NCBI GenBank assembly: GCA_964016885.1
Contig: OZ024741.1
Coordinates: 218,302,001 to 218,366,000 of the forward strand
Direction: 5' to 3'
Length of the DNA stretch: 64,000 nt
From: Eledone cirrhosa
Taxonomy: Eukaryota
Both the position numbers and the translations under genes were made by a program. Every line of letters begins with the position of its first letter. Position 1 is the stretch's first letter. This document shows, piece after piece, positions 29,869 to 46,039 of the stretch. Below the pieces are notes generated by a model. That model was not told where the DNA came from. It saw nothing but the letters and a program-made list of their open reading frames with translations, and made no database searches.

Positions 29869-31720
29869 TAGACACTGACACTGGTAGACACTGCCACTGG
29901 TAGACACTGACACTGGTAGACACTGACACTGGTAGACACTGACACTGGTAGACACTGACACTGGTAGACACTGCCACTGGCAGACACTGCCACTGGCAGA
30001 CACTGACACTGGCAGACACTGACACTGGCAGACACTGACACTGGCAGACACTGACACTGGCAGACACTGACACTGGCAGACACTGACACTGGCAGACACT
30101 GACACTGGCAGACACTGACACTGGCAGACACTGACACTGGCAGACACTGACACTGGTAGACACTGACACTGGTAGACACTGACACTGGTAGACACTGACA
30201 CTGGTAGACACTGGTAGACACTGACACTGGTAGACACTGACACTGGTAGACACTGCCACTGGTAGACACTGACACTGGCAGACACTGACACTGGTAGACT
30301 CTGACACTGGTAGACACTGGTAGACACTGCCACTGGCAGACACTGACACTGGTAGACACTGACACTGGTAGACACTGGTAGACACTGACACTGGTAGACA
30401 CTGACAATGGCAGACACTGACAATGGCAGACACTGACACTGGCAGACACTGACACTGGCAGACACTGACACTGGCAGACACCGACACTGGCAGACACCGA
30501 CACTGGCAGACACCGACACTGGCAGACACCGACACTGGCAGACACCGACACTGGTAGACACCGACACTGGTAGACACCGACACTGGTAGACACTGACACT
30601 GGTAGACACTGGTAGACACTGACAATGGCAGACACTGACACTGGCAGACACTGACACTGGTAGACACTGACACTGGCAGACACTGACAATGGCAGACACT
30701 GACACTGGCAGACACTGACACTGGCAGACACTGACACTGGCAGACACTGACAATGGCAGACACTGACACTGGTAGACACTGACACTGGCAGACACTGACA
30801 CTGGTAGACTCTGACACTGGCAGACTCTGACACTGGCAGACACTGACACTGGTAGACACTGCCACTGGTAGAGACTGACACTGGTAGACACTGGCAGACA
30901 CTGACACTGGTGGACACTGACTACCTCTGCCAGTGTCGGTGTCTGCCAGTGTCGGTGTCTACCAGTGTCGGTGTCTACCAGTGTCGGTGTCTACCAGTGT
31001 CAGTGTCTACCAGTGTCAGTGTCTGTCGGTGTCTACCAGTGTCGGTGTCTACCAGTGTCGGTGTCTACCAGTGTCGGTGTCTACCAGTGTCGGTGTCTAC
31101 CAGTGTCGGTGTCTGCCAGTGTCGGTGTCTGCCAGTGTCAGTGTCTGCCAGTGTCAGTGTCTGCCAGTGTCGGTGTCTACCAGTGTCGGTGTCTACCAGT
31201 GTCGGTGTCTACCAGTGTCGGTGTCTGTCGGTGTCGGTGTCTGTCGGTGTCTACCAGTGTCGGTGTCTACCAGTGTCAGTGTCTGCCAGTGTCGGTGTCT
31301 ACCAGTGTCGGTGTCTGTCGGTGTCTACCTGTGTCGGTGTCTACCAGTGTCGGTGTCTACCAGTGTCGGTGTCTACCAGTGTCGGTGTCTACCAGTGTCG
31401 GTGTCTACCAGTGTCGGTGTCTACCAGTGTCGGTGTCTACCTGTGTCGGTGTCTACCTGTGTCGGTGTCTACCTGTGTCGGTGTCTACCTGTGTCGGTGT
31501 CTACCTGTGTCGGTGTCTACCTGTGTCGGTGTCTACCTGTGTCGGTGTCTACCTGTGTCGGTGTCTACCAGTGTAGACACTGACACAGGTAAACACTGAC
31601 AGTGGTAGATACTGACACTGGTAGACACTGACAGTGGTAGATACTTACACTGATAGACACTGACAGTGGTAGACACTGACACTGGTAGACACTGACAGTG
31701 GTAGACACTGACACAGACAC
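29869..31720. repeat. 16-bp satellite (gacactgacactgg[t/c]a)n with an internal inverted block at ~30926-31572
   Basis: Direct reading; strand switch to (ccagtgtcggtgtcta)n and back. Confidence 0.95.
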
Positions 31721-31907
31721 CTGGAAACATGGCGCAGCAGGGCTACATTCTAATGACTGAAACCAAACCATAATAAGGATTGGAGAATATATATATGTAA
31801 AAATATTCTCCTATCCTATATATATATAGGCCTGATGGCCTCCAAAAACAACGGTCAATTTTTAAAAGGGGTACGTCAATGTCTATTTATAAAACTGTTA
31901 TATATTG

Positions 31908-31972
31908 TATTTTGTCTGATGAAGGCATACCATAATGTAACTTGGTACCCTTGAAATATATATAATGAAATA
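31908..31972 (+). ncRNA. Minimal type I hammerhead ribozyme (same family as 3222), within pseudo-LTR 31860-32102
   Basis: tattttgt-CTGATGA-aggcatacca..tggtaccctt-GAAA-tatatata-atgaaata; palindromic stem III. Confidence 0.78.
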
Positions 31973-32266
31973 AATATGGTTTTATAAATATAGTTTCCAT
32001 TTATTAATATTGTATATCTACTCCAAATATTTGTCGAGTGCTTTATATCAGTTATAAAAATATTTGCTTGTTGTATCCCAACAATTTAAATAGAACTTTT
32101 GCATATATATATATATATATATTTTAAAGAGTTAAACAAGATTCAATGAGTACATCAAAGAATGAGTTTTACAGTAGATTGAAAGCACTCTACAGTAAGA
32201 TATTTTCCAGAGTTATTAATATTAAATTCAAATATTAATAAAATAGATGTTCTTGTGATCAATTAA

Positions 32267-32332
32267 ATTTTATTATACATATTTCAGAGGTACTTGAATC
32301 AAGTTCAATAGTACATCCTCATCAGATAAAAT
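32267..32332 (-). ncRNA. Minimal type I hammerhead ribozyme (related subfamily)
   Basis: Reverse complement: attttat-CTGATGA-ggatgtac.ttgaa/ttcaa.gtacctct-GAAA-tatgtata-ataaaat; perfect 7-bp stem I. Confidence 0.82.
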
Positions 32333-33364
32333 AAAATGATACATGACATACCCTGACATGTTAAATGGTTAAGATTTAATCAAGGTAGTGATTAACTTGT
32401 GAGAAAACTCAATATTTATACCCTACAAATGAGAACATGCGACAACGTAATAGAATCAATAGAGAGGGTGTGAGTTAGAAAATGATTGCTTTAATGTAAC
32501 AGTTATAGAGTTATTAAAGTTTGAAATACTACTGTAGGACTATAGAGGAAGACTATAGATATCTGGAGTTATAATTTTTTAATTTTTAGTTTGACAATGC
32601 AACTGATAGTTAATTAAAGACAGAGAGATAAAGGGGAGTAATTTATGCACAAATATTCTTCCAACACATATAAACATGTATAGCCTTGGCGGTTAAATTT
32701 CAAAATATTTAATTTATGTTATTTTAGGGTAACGAATCAAAATTTTAGGTTTTAAAAGTTGATGGTTATTTGTGTTATACATTTTATAAATGTGTTAAAT
32801 TTCTAAACTTCAAAGTTTTATGAAATCAAATTTAAAGGATTTACTAGGCCCACGAAAGAAAAATATATACTGTTCAATATTCACGCAATATTACTGGAAA
32901 CAACGTTTGAACGAATTGACACTTGTTTAAGTACATGTTGGCAGGTTGATATACATAAACTATGGCTTTTTGGGATATTATTAACTTTGATCCAGACCTT
33001 TATTTTTCTATCTCTGTTTTAAATATAGTCTTGATACCTAACCTGTAAATTTTTACGGACCTTATTTTGAACTGTGGATCATTCATGCGTTTACATTTTT
33101 ATATATATCTATGTATTTTATAGTTATGCATGTATGAATCTATTATCTAGGATTGTAATCGTTATCCTTTACTAAATGTATACTGTCTCATTAATACTTA
33201 GTATATCTCTTTATATGTAGTTGGTGCAAATATGTTTATATTGTATAATAACATAATAATAATTATAGTTCGGTATATATCTGTATATAGTTTTGTATAT
33301 AGTTTTGTACAATAGTTTATAACTTTGCCTATTAATCCGTTCGCTTGATATAGCAGATAGAGTG

Positions 33365-33400
33365 TCTTAACGTTTCGGACGCTAGTTCTTCATCAGAAGA
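33365..33400 (-). ncRNA. Minimal hammerhead ribozyme
   Basis: Reverse complement: tctt-CTGATGA-agaactagcgtcc-GAAACGTT-aaga; palindromic AACGTT stem III. Confidence 0.68.
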
Positions 33401-34009
33401 AAGAATGAGAAATAAGATAAAGTGAGGGGACGAGTGGGTTGGAATTGGAAAAACTGTCTTTAGATAAAAATAAGAGGTCCATTCATGTTGACATCTCTTG
33501 CAAAACTGGTGGTGCTGGCGTTTTGTGTATGATTTTTTTTTTAGAAAGTGGTTGATGGAGTGCGTCTACCTGAAATGGAAAAAAAAAACGTTTTGTAAAG
33601 AGAGCTATACTTGTGCACGTGCTTAAGCATGTGTTATCTATATATTGAATATAAAAGAAAGATACAGAGAGAGAGATAAACACAATACATATATGTATTC
33701 AAATCGTACTAACCCCATATCGGTTTGTATTTATTTTCTTGATTTATTTTTTTAAATTGAGTGTGGCAAACCCTATTGTTTATAGTTAGGATATTTGCAC
33801 CCTAGCAAACCTGGTTCCCTACGATTTGAACACATATATGTATATATCTCTGTTTATCTCTCTTTTATATTCAATTATATATATAGTTGCAATTCCGTTC
33901 GAATCACCTTTTATTGGAAAATAGTAATAAAGATTTGAAGATGCACCAAATGTGTTTTAATATACACATGTTAATTTACAGAACGCAACAAGTTCTCACA
34001 CATTAAAAT

Positions 34010-35155
34010 CAAACACATATGCACACAAGCAAACACACAAACATACATACACAAAACACAAGCAAACACACACACACTCACACAAACACACACACAAGCA
34101 AACACACAAACATGCATACACAAACACACACAAGCACACACACAAGCAAACACACACACACACGCACACACAAACACTCACACAAACACACACACAAGCA
34201 AACACACAAATATACATACACAAAACACACAAAACACACACACAAGAAAACACACACACACGCACACACAAACACTCACACAAACACACACACAAGCAAA
34301 CACAAACATACATACACAAAACACACACAAGCACAAAACACAAGCAAACACACACACACGCACACATAAACACTCTCACAAACACACACACAAGCAAACA
34401 CACAAACATATCTACACAAAACACACACACGCACACACACAAGCAAACACACACACACGCACACACAAACACTCACACAACCACACACACAAGCAAACAC
34501 ACAAACGTACATACCCAAAACACACACAAGCACACACACATGCAAACACACACACACTCACACAAACAAACACACAAGCAAACACACAAACATACATACC
34601 TAAAACACACAAGCACACACACATGCAAACACACACACACGCACACACAAACACTCACACAAACATACACACAAGCAAACACACAAACATACATACCTAA
34701 AACACACAAGCAAACACACACACACACGCACACACAAACACTGACACAAACATACACACAAGCAAACACAAATATACATACCCAAAACACACACAAGCAC
34801 ACACACAAGCAAACACACATACACACACACTAACACAAACACACACACAAGCAAACACACAAACATACATACCTAAAACACACAAGCACACACACATGCA
34901 AACACACACACACGTACACACAAACACTCACACAAACATACACACAAGCAAACACACATACACACACACACACACACACACTCACAAGCACACACACAAG
35001 CAAACACACACACACGCGCACACAAACACACACACACACGCACACACAAACGCACACACAAACACACACACACACACAAACACTCACGCAAACACACACA
35101 CAAGCAAACAAACATACATACACAAAACACACACAAGCAAACACAGACACACACG

Positions 35156-35186
<31 letters not shown>

Positions 35187-35187
35187 T
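34010..35187. repeat. Cryptic (CA)n-derived composite repeat
   Basis: Recurring cacaagcaaacacac modules. Confidence 0.9.
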
Positions 35188-35260
35188 CGCATGCAGACAG
35201 GTATAAGCGGCAACCTCTACATATTCCAACGTCAAAGGAATATTTCGTTTCATCTCAATA

Positions 35261-38200
35261 CAATGTCAGTTGACGAGGCTGATGACATTAGCTGCTATTT
35301 CTAGCAATTATTGTGACCATATACTATCATCACAGGAATATCTCAAGGCAGTGTCAGTTGACGAGGCTGATGACATTAGCTGCTATTTCTAGCAATTATT
35401 GTGACCATATACTATCATCACAGGAATATCTCAAGGCAGTGTCAGTTGACGAGGCTGATGACATTAGCTGCTATTTCTAGCAATTATTGTGACCATATAC
35501 TATCATCACAGGAATATCTCAAGGCAGTGTCAGTTGACGAGGCTGATGACATTAGCTGCTATTTCTAGCAATTATTGTGACCATATACTATCATCACAGG
35601 AATATCTCAAGGCAGTGTCAGTTGACGAGGCTGATGACATTAGCTGCTATTTCTAGCAATTATTGTGACCATATACTATCATCACAGGAATATCTCAAGG
35701 CAGTGTCAGTTGACGAGGCTGATGACATTAGCTGCTATTTCTAGCAATTATTGTGACCATATACTATCATCACAGGAATATCTCAAGGCAGTGTCAGTTG
35801 ACGAGGCTGATGACATTAGCTGCTATTTCTAGCAATTATTGTGACCATATACTATCATCACAGGAATATCTCAAGGCAGTGTCAGTTGACGAGGCTGATG
35901 ACATTAGCTGCTATTTCTAGCAATTATTGTGACCATATACTATCATCACAGGAATATCTCAAGGCAGTGTCAGTTGACGAGGCTGATGATTTTAGCTGCT
36001 ATTTCTAGCAATTATTGTGACCATATACTATCATCACAGGAATATCTCAAGGCAGTGTCAGTTGACGAGGCTGATGACATTAGGTACTATTTCTAGCAAT
36101 TATTGTGACCATATACTATCATCACAGGAATATCTGAAGGCAGTGTCAGTTGACGAGGCTGATGACATTAGCTGCTATTTCTAGCAATTATTGTGACCAT
36201 ATACTATCATCACAGGAATATCTGAAGGCAATGTCAGTTGACGAGGCTGATGACATTAGCTGCTATTTCTAGCAATTATTGTGACCATATACTATCATCA
36301 CAGGAATATCTGAAGGCAATGTCAGTTGACGAGGCTGATGACATTAGCTGCTATTTCTAGCAATTATTGTGACCATATACTATCATCACAGGAATATCTC
36401 AAGGCAGTGTCAGTTGACGAGGCTGATGACATTAGGTACTATTTCTAGCAATTATTGTGACCATATACTATCATCACAGGAATATCTGAAGGCAGTGTCA
36501 GTTGACGAGGCTGATGACATTAGCTGCTATTTCTAGCAATTATTGTGACCATATACTATCATCACAGGAATATCTGAAGGCAATGTCAGTTGACGAGGCT
36601 GATGACATTAGCTGCTATTTCTAGCAATTATTGTGACCATATACTATCATCACAGGAATATCTGAAGGCAGTGTCAGTTGACGAGGCTGATGACATTAGG
36701 TGCTATTTCTAGCAATTATTGTGACCATATACTATCATCACAGGAATATCTCAAGGCAGTGTCAGTTGACGAGGCTGATCATTTTAGCTGCTATTTCTAG
36801 CAATTATTGTGACCATATACTATCATCACAGGAATATCTCAAGGCAGTGTCAGTTGACGAGGCTGATGACATTAGGTGCTATTTCTAGCAATTATTGTGA
36901 CCATATACTATCATCACAGGAATATCTCAAGGCAGTGTCAGTTGACGAGGCTGATGACATTAGCTGCTATTTCTAGCAATTATTGTGACCATATACTATC
37001 ATCACAGGAATATCTCAAGGCAGTGTCAGTTGACGAGGCTGATGACATTAGCTGCTATTTCTAGCAATTATTGTGACCATATACTATCATCACAGGAATA
37101 TCTCAAGGCAGTGTCAGTTGACGAGGCTGATGACATTAGCTGCTATTTCTAGCAATTATTGTGACCATATACTATCATCACAGGAATATCTCAAGGCAGT
37201 GTCAGTTGACGAGGCTGATGATTTTAGCTGCTATTTCTAGCAATTATTGTGACCATATACTATCATCACAGGAATATCTCAAGGCAGTGTCAGTTGACGA
37301 GGCTGATGACATTAGGTACTATTTCTAGCAATTATTGTGACCATATACTATCATCACAGGAATATCTGAAGGCAGTGTCAGTTGACGAGGCTGATGACAT
37401 TAGCTGCTATTTCTAGCAATTATTGTGACCATATACTATCATCACAGGAATATCTGAAGGCAATGTCAGTTGACGAGGCTGATGACATTAGCTGCTATTT
37501 CTAGCAATTATTGTGACCATATACTATCATCACAGGAATATCTGAAGGCAATGTCAGTTGACGAGGCTGATGACATTAGCTGCTATTTCTAGCAATTATT
37601 GTGACCATATACTATCATCACAGGAATATCTCAAGGCAGTGTCAGTTGACGAGGCTGATGACATTAGGTACTATTTCTAGCAATTATTGTGACCATATAC
37701 TATCATCACAGGAATATCTGAAGGCAGTGTCAGTTGACGAGGCTGATGACATTAGCTGCTATTTCTAGCAATTATTGTGACCATATACTATCATCACAGG
37801 AATATCTGAAGGCAATGTCAGTTGACGAGGCTGATGACATTAGCTGCTATTTCTAGCAATTATTGTGACCATATACTATCATCACAGGAATATCTGAAGG
37901 CAGTGTCAGTTGACGAGGCTGATGACATTAGGTGCTATTTCTAGCAATTATTGTGCCCATATACTATCATCACAGGAATATCTCAAGGCAGTGTCAGTTG
38001 ACGAGGCTGATCATTTTAGCTGCTATTTCTAGCAATTATTGTGACCATATACTATCATCACAGGAATATCTCAAGGCAGTGTCAGTTGACGAGGCTGATG
38101 ACATTAGGTGCTATTTCTAGCAATTATTGTGACCATATACTATCATCACAGGAATATCTCAAGGCAGTGTCAGTTGACGAGGCTGATGACATTAGCTGCT

Positions 38201-38452
38201 ATTTCTAGCAATTATTGTGACCATATACTATCATCACAGGAATATCTGAAGGCAATGTCAGTTGACGAGGCTGATGACATTAGCTGCTATTTCTAGCAAT
38301 TATTGTGACCATATACTATCATCACAGGAATATCTCAAGGCAGTGTCAGTTGACGAGGCTGATGACATTAGCTGCTATTTCTAGCAATTATTGTGACCAT
38401 ATACTATCATCACAGGAATATCTGAAGGCAGTGTCAGTTGACGAGGCTGATG
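35261..38452. repeat. 88-bp satellite, ~36 highly homogeneous copies, with a 14-mer (1232 bp) higher-order duplication
   Basis: Unit gtcagttgacgaggctgatgacattagctgctatttctagcaattattgtgaccatatactatcatcacaggaatatctcaaggcagt; variants recur at 35990/37222 and 36780/38012. Confidence 0.97.
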
Positions 38453-39376
38453 GTGCTATTGGTTGCTATTATCAAGCCGTGCATTCTCCGCCATTACAGC
38501 TGATTCCAGTTCAACAACAACAGCAACAACCATAAGAACAATAACAACAACCACAACAGTAATATTAATGTCTTATACTATAGACACAAGACCTGACATT
38601 TTGGGGCCGAGAGGTAGATATCGATTATATTGACCCCAGTACATTATTAGTACTTTTTAATCGATCCCTCCCCCCGTACCCCCACAAACTGAGAGGATAT
38701 ACCCTTCATCAGCTGTCAATTGGAGATGTATAACGATTTCGATGCCTTTCGAGATGGGAAGAGATAGATACATAGATAAAGAAACGGGTAGATAGACAAA
38801 GACACGCACACACACATACACACACACACGCATACACACATACACTCACAGCGACACACACACATACACACAGAGAGACACACACATACAAAGACACTCA
38901 CACAGACACACACAGAGACACACACACATACACAGACACACACACAGACAGACACTCACAAAATCACAGACACACACACACATACACAGACACACGCACA
39001 CACACAGAGACTCACACACATACACAGACACTCACACACACACAGGCACACACACACACACGCACACACGCACACACACACACACACATACACTCACACA
39101 TACACTCACGCACACACGCACGCACACACACATACAGACACATCATATTTTGCTAGGTAGAATGAACGACAAATGACTGTATTGAATATGACTAGAGGAA
39201 GATATAAGGATAATGATGGATGAGTTGCCCCCCCCCCACACCTCACACATAGATACACACAAATATAAATATGTTCACATATAGAGGATTAACACACATT
39301 CACACACTCATACACACACATACGCACACACACACACACACACACATATATATTATATATTAACACGCACACACAG

Positions 39377-39425
<49 letters not shown>

Positions 39426-39450
39426 CATACGCAAATATACGCATAAAGAT

Positions 39451-39482
<32 letters not shown>

Positions 39483-39560
39483 ATAGGATTAGCACATATA
39501 CATACACACACAAACGACACACACACACATATATATATATATATTTATACATATACATAT

Positions 39561-39702
<142 letters not shown>

Positions 39703-39713
39703 TTATACATATA

Positions 39714-39846
<133 letters not shown>

Positions 39847-39876
39847 ACATATATATACATATATATATATATATAC

Positions 39877-39909
<33 letters not shown>

Positions 39910-39910
39910 C

Positions 39911-39963
<53 letters not shown>

Positions 39964-39992
39964 TATATATATATACATATATAAATATACAT

Positions 39993-40057
<65 letters not shown>

Positions 40058-40063
40058 GTATAT

Positions 40064-40121
<58 letters not shown>

Positions 40122-40124
40122 CAT

Positions 40125-40317
<193 letters not shown>

Positions 40318-40322
40318 CATAC

Positions 40323-40355
<33 letters not shown>

Positions 40356-40497
40356 CATATGTATATATATATACATATATATATATACATACATATATAT
40401 ATATATATATACATACATATATATATATATACATACATATATATATATATACATACATATATATATATATACATACATATATATATATATACATACA

Positions 40498-40600
<103 letters not shown>

Positions 40601-40668
40601 GCATATATATATATATATATATACATACATATATATATATATATATATACATACATATATATATATAT

Positions 40669-40857
<189 letters not shown>

Positions 40858-40862
40858 CATAC

Positions 40863-40895
<33 letters not shown>

Positions 40896-40938
40896 CATAC
40901 ATATATATATATACATACATATATATATATATACATAC

Positions 40939-40971
<33 letters not shown>

Positions 40972-41006
40972 ATATATAATATATATACATATATATATAT
41001 ACATAC

Positions 41007-41062
<56 letters not shown>

Positions 41063-41083
41063 TACATATATATATATACATAC

Positions 41084-41116
<33 letters not shown>

Positions 41117-41127
41117 CATATATATAC

Positions 41128-41405
<278 letters not shown>

Positions 41406-41447
41406 CATATATATATATACATATATATATATACATATATATATATA

Positions 41448-41632
<185 letters not shown>

Positions 41633-41655
41633 CATATATATATTATATAGTATAC

Positions 41656-41738
<83 letters not shown>

Positions 41739-41792
41739 CATATATATATATACATATATACATATATATATATATACATGTATAATATATAC

Positions 41793-41847
<55 letters not shown>

Positions 41848-41860
41848 CAATATATATATA

Positions 41861-41909
<49 letters not shown>

Positions 41910-41934
41910 CATATATATACATATATATATATAC

Positions 41935-41983
<49 letters not shown>

Positions 41984-42018
41984 CATATATATACATATAT
42001 ATATATACATATATATAC

Positions 42019-42365
<347 letters not shown>

Positions 42366-42368
42366 CAT

Positions 42369-43289
42369 AGCTATGCTGATGACACTAAGGTAGCACAGGC
42401 AATCAAAAACCCGTCTGACGCTGCCCTCTTACAGCAGGATCTGGATGCCATATACAGATGGGCGGAAGAAAACAACATGCAGTTTAATGCTGGCAAATTT
42501 CAAGCCCTACAATACAAACCTGCAAACACAAACACAAATATAGCGGAACACAGCTACACAGGACCAGGAGGGACCGATATCCCCGTGTCAAAATCGATAC
42601 GAGACCTGGGCATAGACATGAGCGATGATGCATCTTTTTCTTCACACATCATGAAGGTGGCGACAGCATGTAGACGATTCGCTGGCTGGATCTTGAGGAC
42701 TTTCCTTACAAGAGATCGAGACACCATGTTGACACTGTGGAGGACTTTTGTTCTAAGCCGCCTGGACTACTGCTCCCAGCTGTGGTCACCCCATAGTGTC
42801 AGGCTAACCACAGAGCTTGAGGCAATCCAGCGAAGCTACACCAAGAGGATTGCCAAGATGAGGGAGACAAGCTACTGGGAGAGGCTGAAGGAACTGAACC
42901 TCTACTCCTTGGAGCGAAGACGGGAGAGATACGCAGTGATCTACATGTGGAAAATCCTGGAGGGACTAGCACCAAACTTTGGCATTGGGAGCTGGACCAA
43001 CCGTCGAACAGGACGTCACTGTGTGGTGCCAAAGGTCCCGTCTTCCACATCTAGAATAAGGAGCAGGTATTGCAATAGCCTGGGATTCAAGGGCCCTCAA
43101 CTCTTCAACAGGCTGCCGAGGCATCTGCGAGACTTGCATGACGTGGAGGTGGATGTCTTTAAGAAACATCTCGACACCTTGTTATCCAGGATCCCGGATG
43201 AGCCCACAGCAAGACACGAGGGAAACCTAAGGGCAGCAGCAACAAACTCCCTCCTACACCAGTGGCCAACCTATACAGGCTGGAGATAA
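42369..43289 (+). CDS. Reverse transcriptase C-terminal half of an L2/CR1-group LINE (5'-truncated, open frame)
   Basis: In-frame YADDTK at 42372 upstream of the tracked ORF; [54 protein letters not shown] motifs. Confidence 0.93.
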   Translation, partial: SYADDTKVAQAIKNPSDAALLQQDLDAIYRWAEENNMQFNAGKFQALQYKPANTNTNIAEHSYTGPGGTDIPVSKSIRDLGIDMSDDASFSSHIMKVATACRRFAGWILRTFLTRDRDTMLTLWRTFVLSRLDYCSQLWSPHSVRLTTELEAIQRSYTKRIAKMRETSYWERLKELNLYSLERRRERYAVIYMWKILEGLAPNFGIGSWTNRRTGRHCVVPKVPSSTSRIRSRYCNSLGFKGPQLFNRLPRHLRDLHDVEVDVFKKHLDTLLSRIPDEPTARHEGNLRAAATNSLLHQWPTYTGWR

Positions 43290-43363
43290 AATGTGTAGCA
43301 ACAAGGGCGGTGCCCCAGCATGGCCTCAGCCGGATGGCTGAAACAGGTAAAAGAGTAAAAGAG
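42369..43363 (+). mobile_element. 5'-truncated LINE inserted in (TA)n
   Basis: RT ORF; short 3' UTR with hairpin tcagcc-ggat-ggctga and (taaaagag)2 tail. Confidence 0.92.
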
Positions 43364-43374
43364 TATATATATAC

Positions 43375-43724
<350 letters not shown>

Positions 43725-43725
43725 C

Positions 43726-43886
<161 letters not shown>

Positions 43887-43896
43887 CATATATATA

Positions 43897-43965
<69 letters not shown>

Positions 43966-43996
43966 CATATATATATATATACATATATATATATAC

Positions 43997-44401
<405 letters not shown>

Positions 44402-44430
44402 CATATATATATATACATATATATATATAC

Positions 44431-44595
<165 letters not shown>

Positions 44596-44609
44596 CATAT
44601 ATATTATAT

Positions 44610-44731
<122 letters not shown>

Positions 44732-44752
44732 CATATATATACATATATATAC

Positions 44753-44809
<57 letters not shown>

Positions 44810-44830
44810 CATATATATACATATATATAC

Positions 44831-45007
<177 letters not shown>

Positions 45008-45044
45008 CATACATATATATACGTACATATATATATATATATAG

Positions 45045-45112
<68 letters not shown>

Positions 45113-45347
45113 CACACACATACCCATACACACATTATTAGATAACACTAATGAGATTATGTTCGCTGCTGTTAGTTACACTGTGTGTATGTATGTGTGT
45201 GTGTGTGAGAGTGCTGCGTGTGTGTTTGTGAATGTGCATATGCATGCATGCATTAGTGCATGTGCACTTGCATGTGTGTACGTGCTTATGCGTGTGTGCT
45301 GTGTGTGTATGCACATGATATATGTGTACGTGTGAGCGAAGGAGATT

Positions 45348-45501
<154 letters not shown>

Positions 45502-45565
45502 CAGAGAGAGAGAGGGGGTGACAGAGAAAGAGAAAGAGTGAGAAAGGAAGAGACAAAGGCAGATA

Positions 45566-45938
45566 TAGATATATTTCTTTATTAGCCACAGGGGCACAAA
45601 AGAAGGGGACAAATACAAAGAGGGAAGTTTACATACAATAAAAACGTGTAAAATGTTATCACAGATGGAATTTAAAAGTTAGTCGATTTTCCCCAATAGA
45701 GGGAGACAGTTTATATGGGTAACACAGACCCCCGAAAAAAATGTGCAACCCTCATCTCCAGGAGTACGAAGAGCTTGTACTCCCTTCCTCTCCTCCTCCT
45801 TTTCCTCAACCTACAGGCTGATATAGAGAGAAGGCCCATTCACTCGGGCCATTCTCGCCACTTTCACCCACCTTTCATAAAACTTGCTGGGGTACAGCAC
45901 CTCTCTCTCCATCCTGATTCTTCTTCCAAAGTGGTATT
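45566..45938 (-). mobile_element. 3' end of a Tx1/L1-like LINE next to (TATC)n-like repeats
   Basis: Reverse complement translates YHFGRRIRMEREVLYPSKFYERWVKVARMARVNGPSLYISL*; UTR ends aataaagaaatatatctatatct; tagatagatag on the other flank. Confidence 0.65.
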
Positions 45939-46039
45939 AGATAGATAGATAGACAGACAGAACTAGATAGAAAGACAGGGAGATAGAGGTAATGAGACAG
46001 AGAGATAAAGAGAGAGAGAGAGAAAGGAGGGATAGAAAG

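Noticed and set aside
29802-31599. Cys-rich CQCQCLPVSVS ORFs resembling metallothionein or keratin-associated proteins
   Set aside because: 16-bp satellite cycling through frames, with the same peptide in all frames
35261-38452. CRISPR-like array or functional hammerhead satellite (CTGATGA in every unit on the plus strand)
   Set aside because: No unique spacers or cas genes; the plus strand lacks a GAAA and stem II partner
42376-42382. CTGATGA motif
   Set aside because: Simply encodes part of the RT YADD motif
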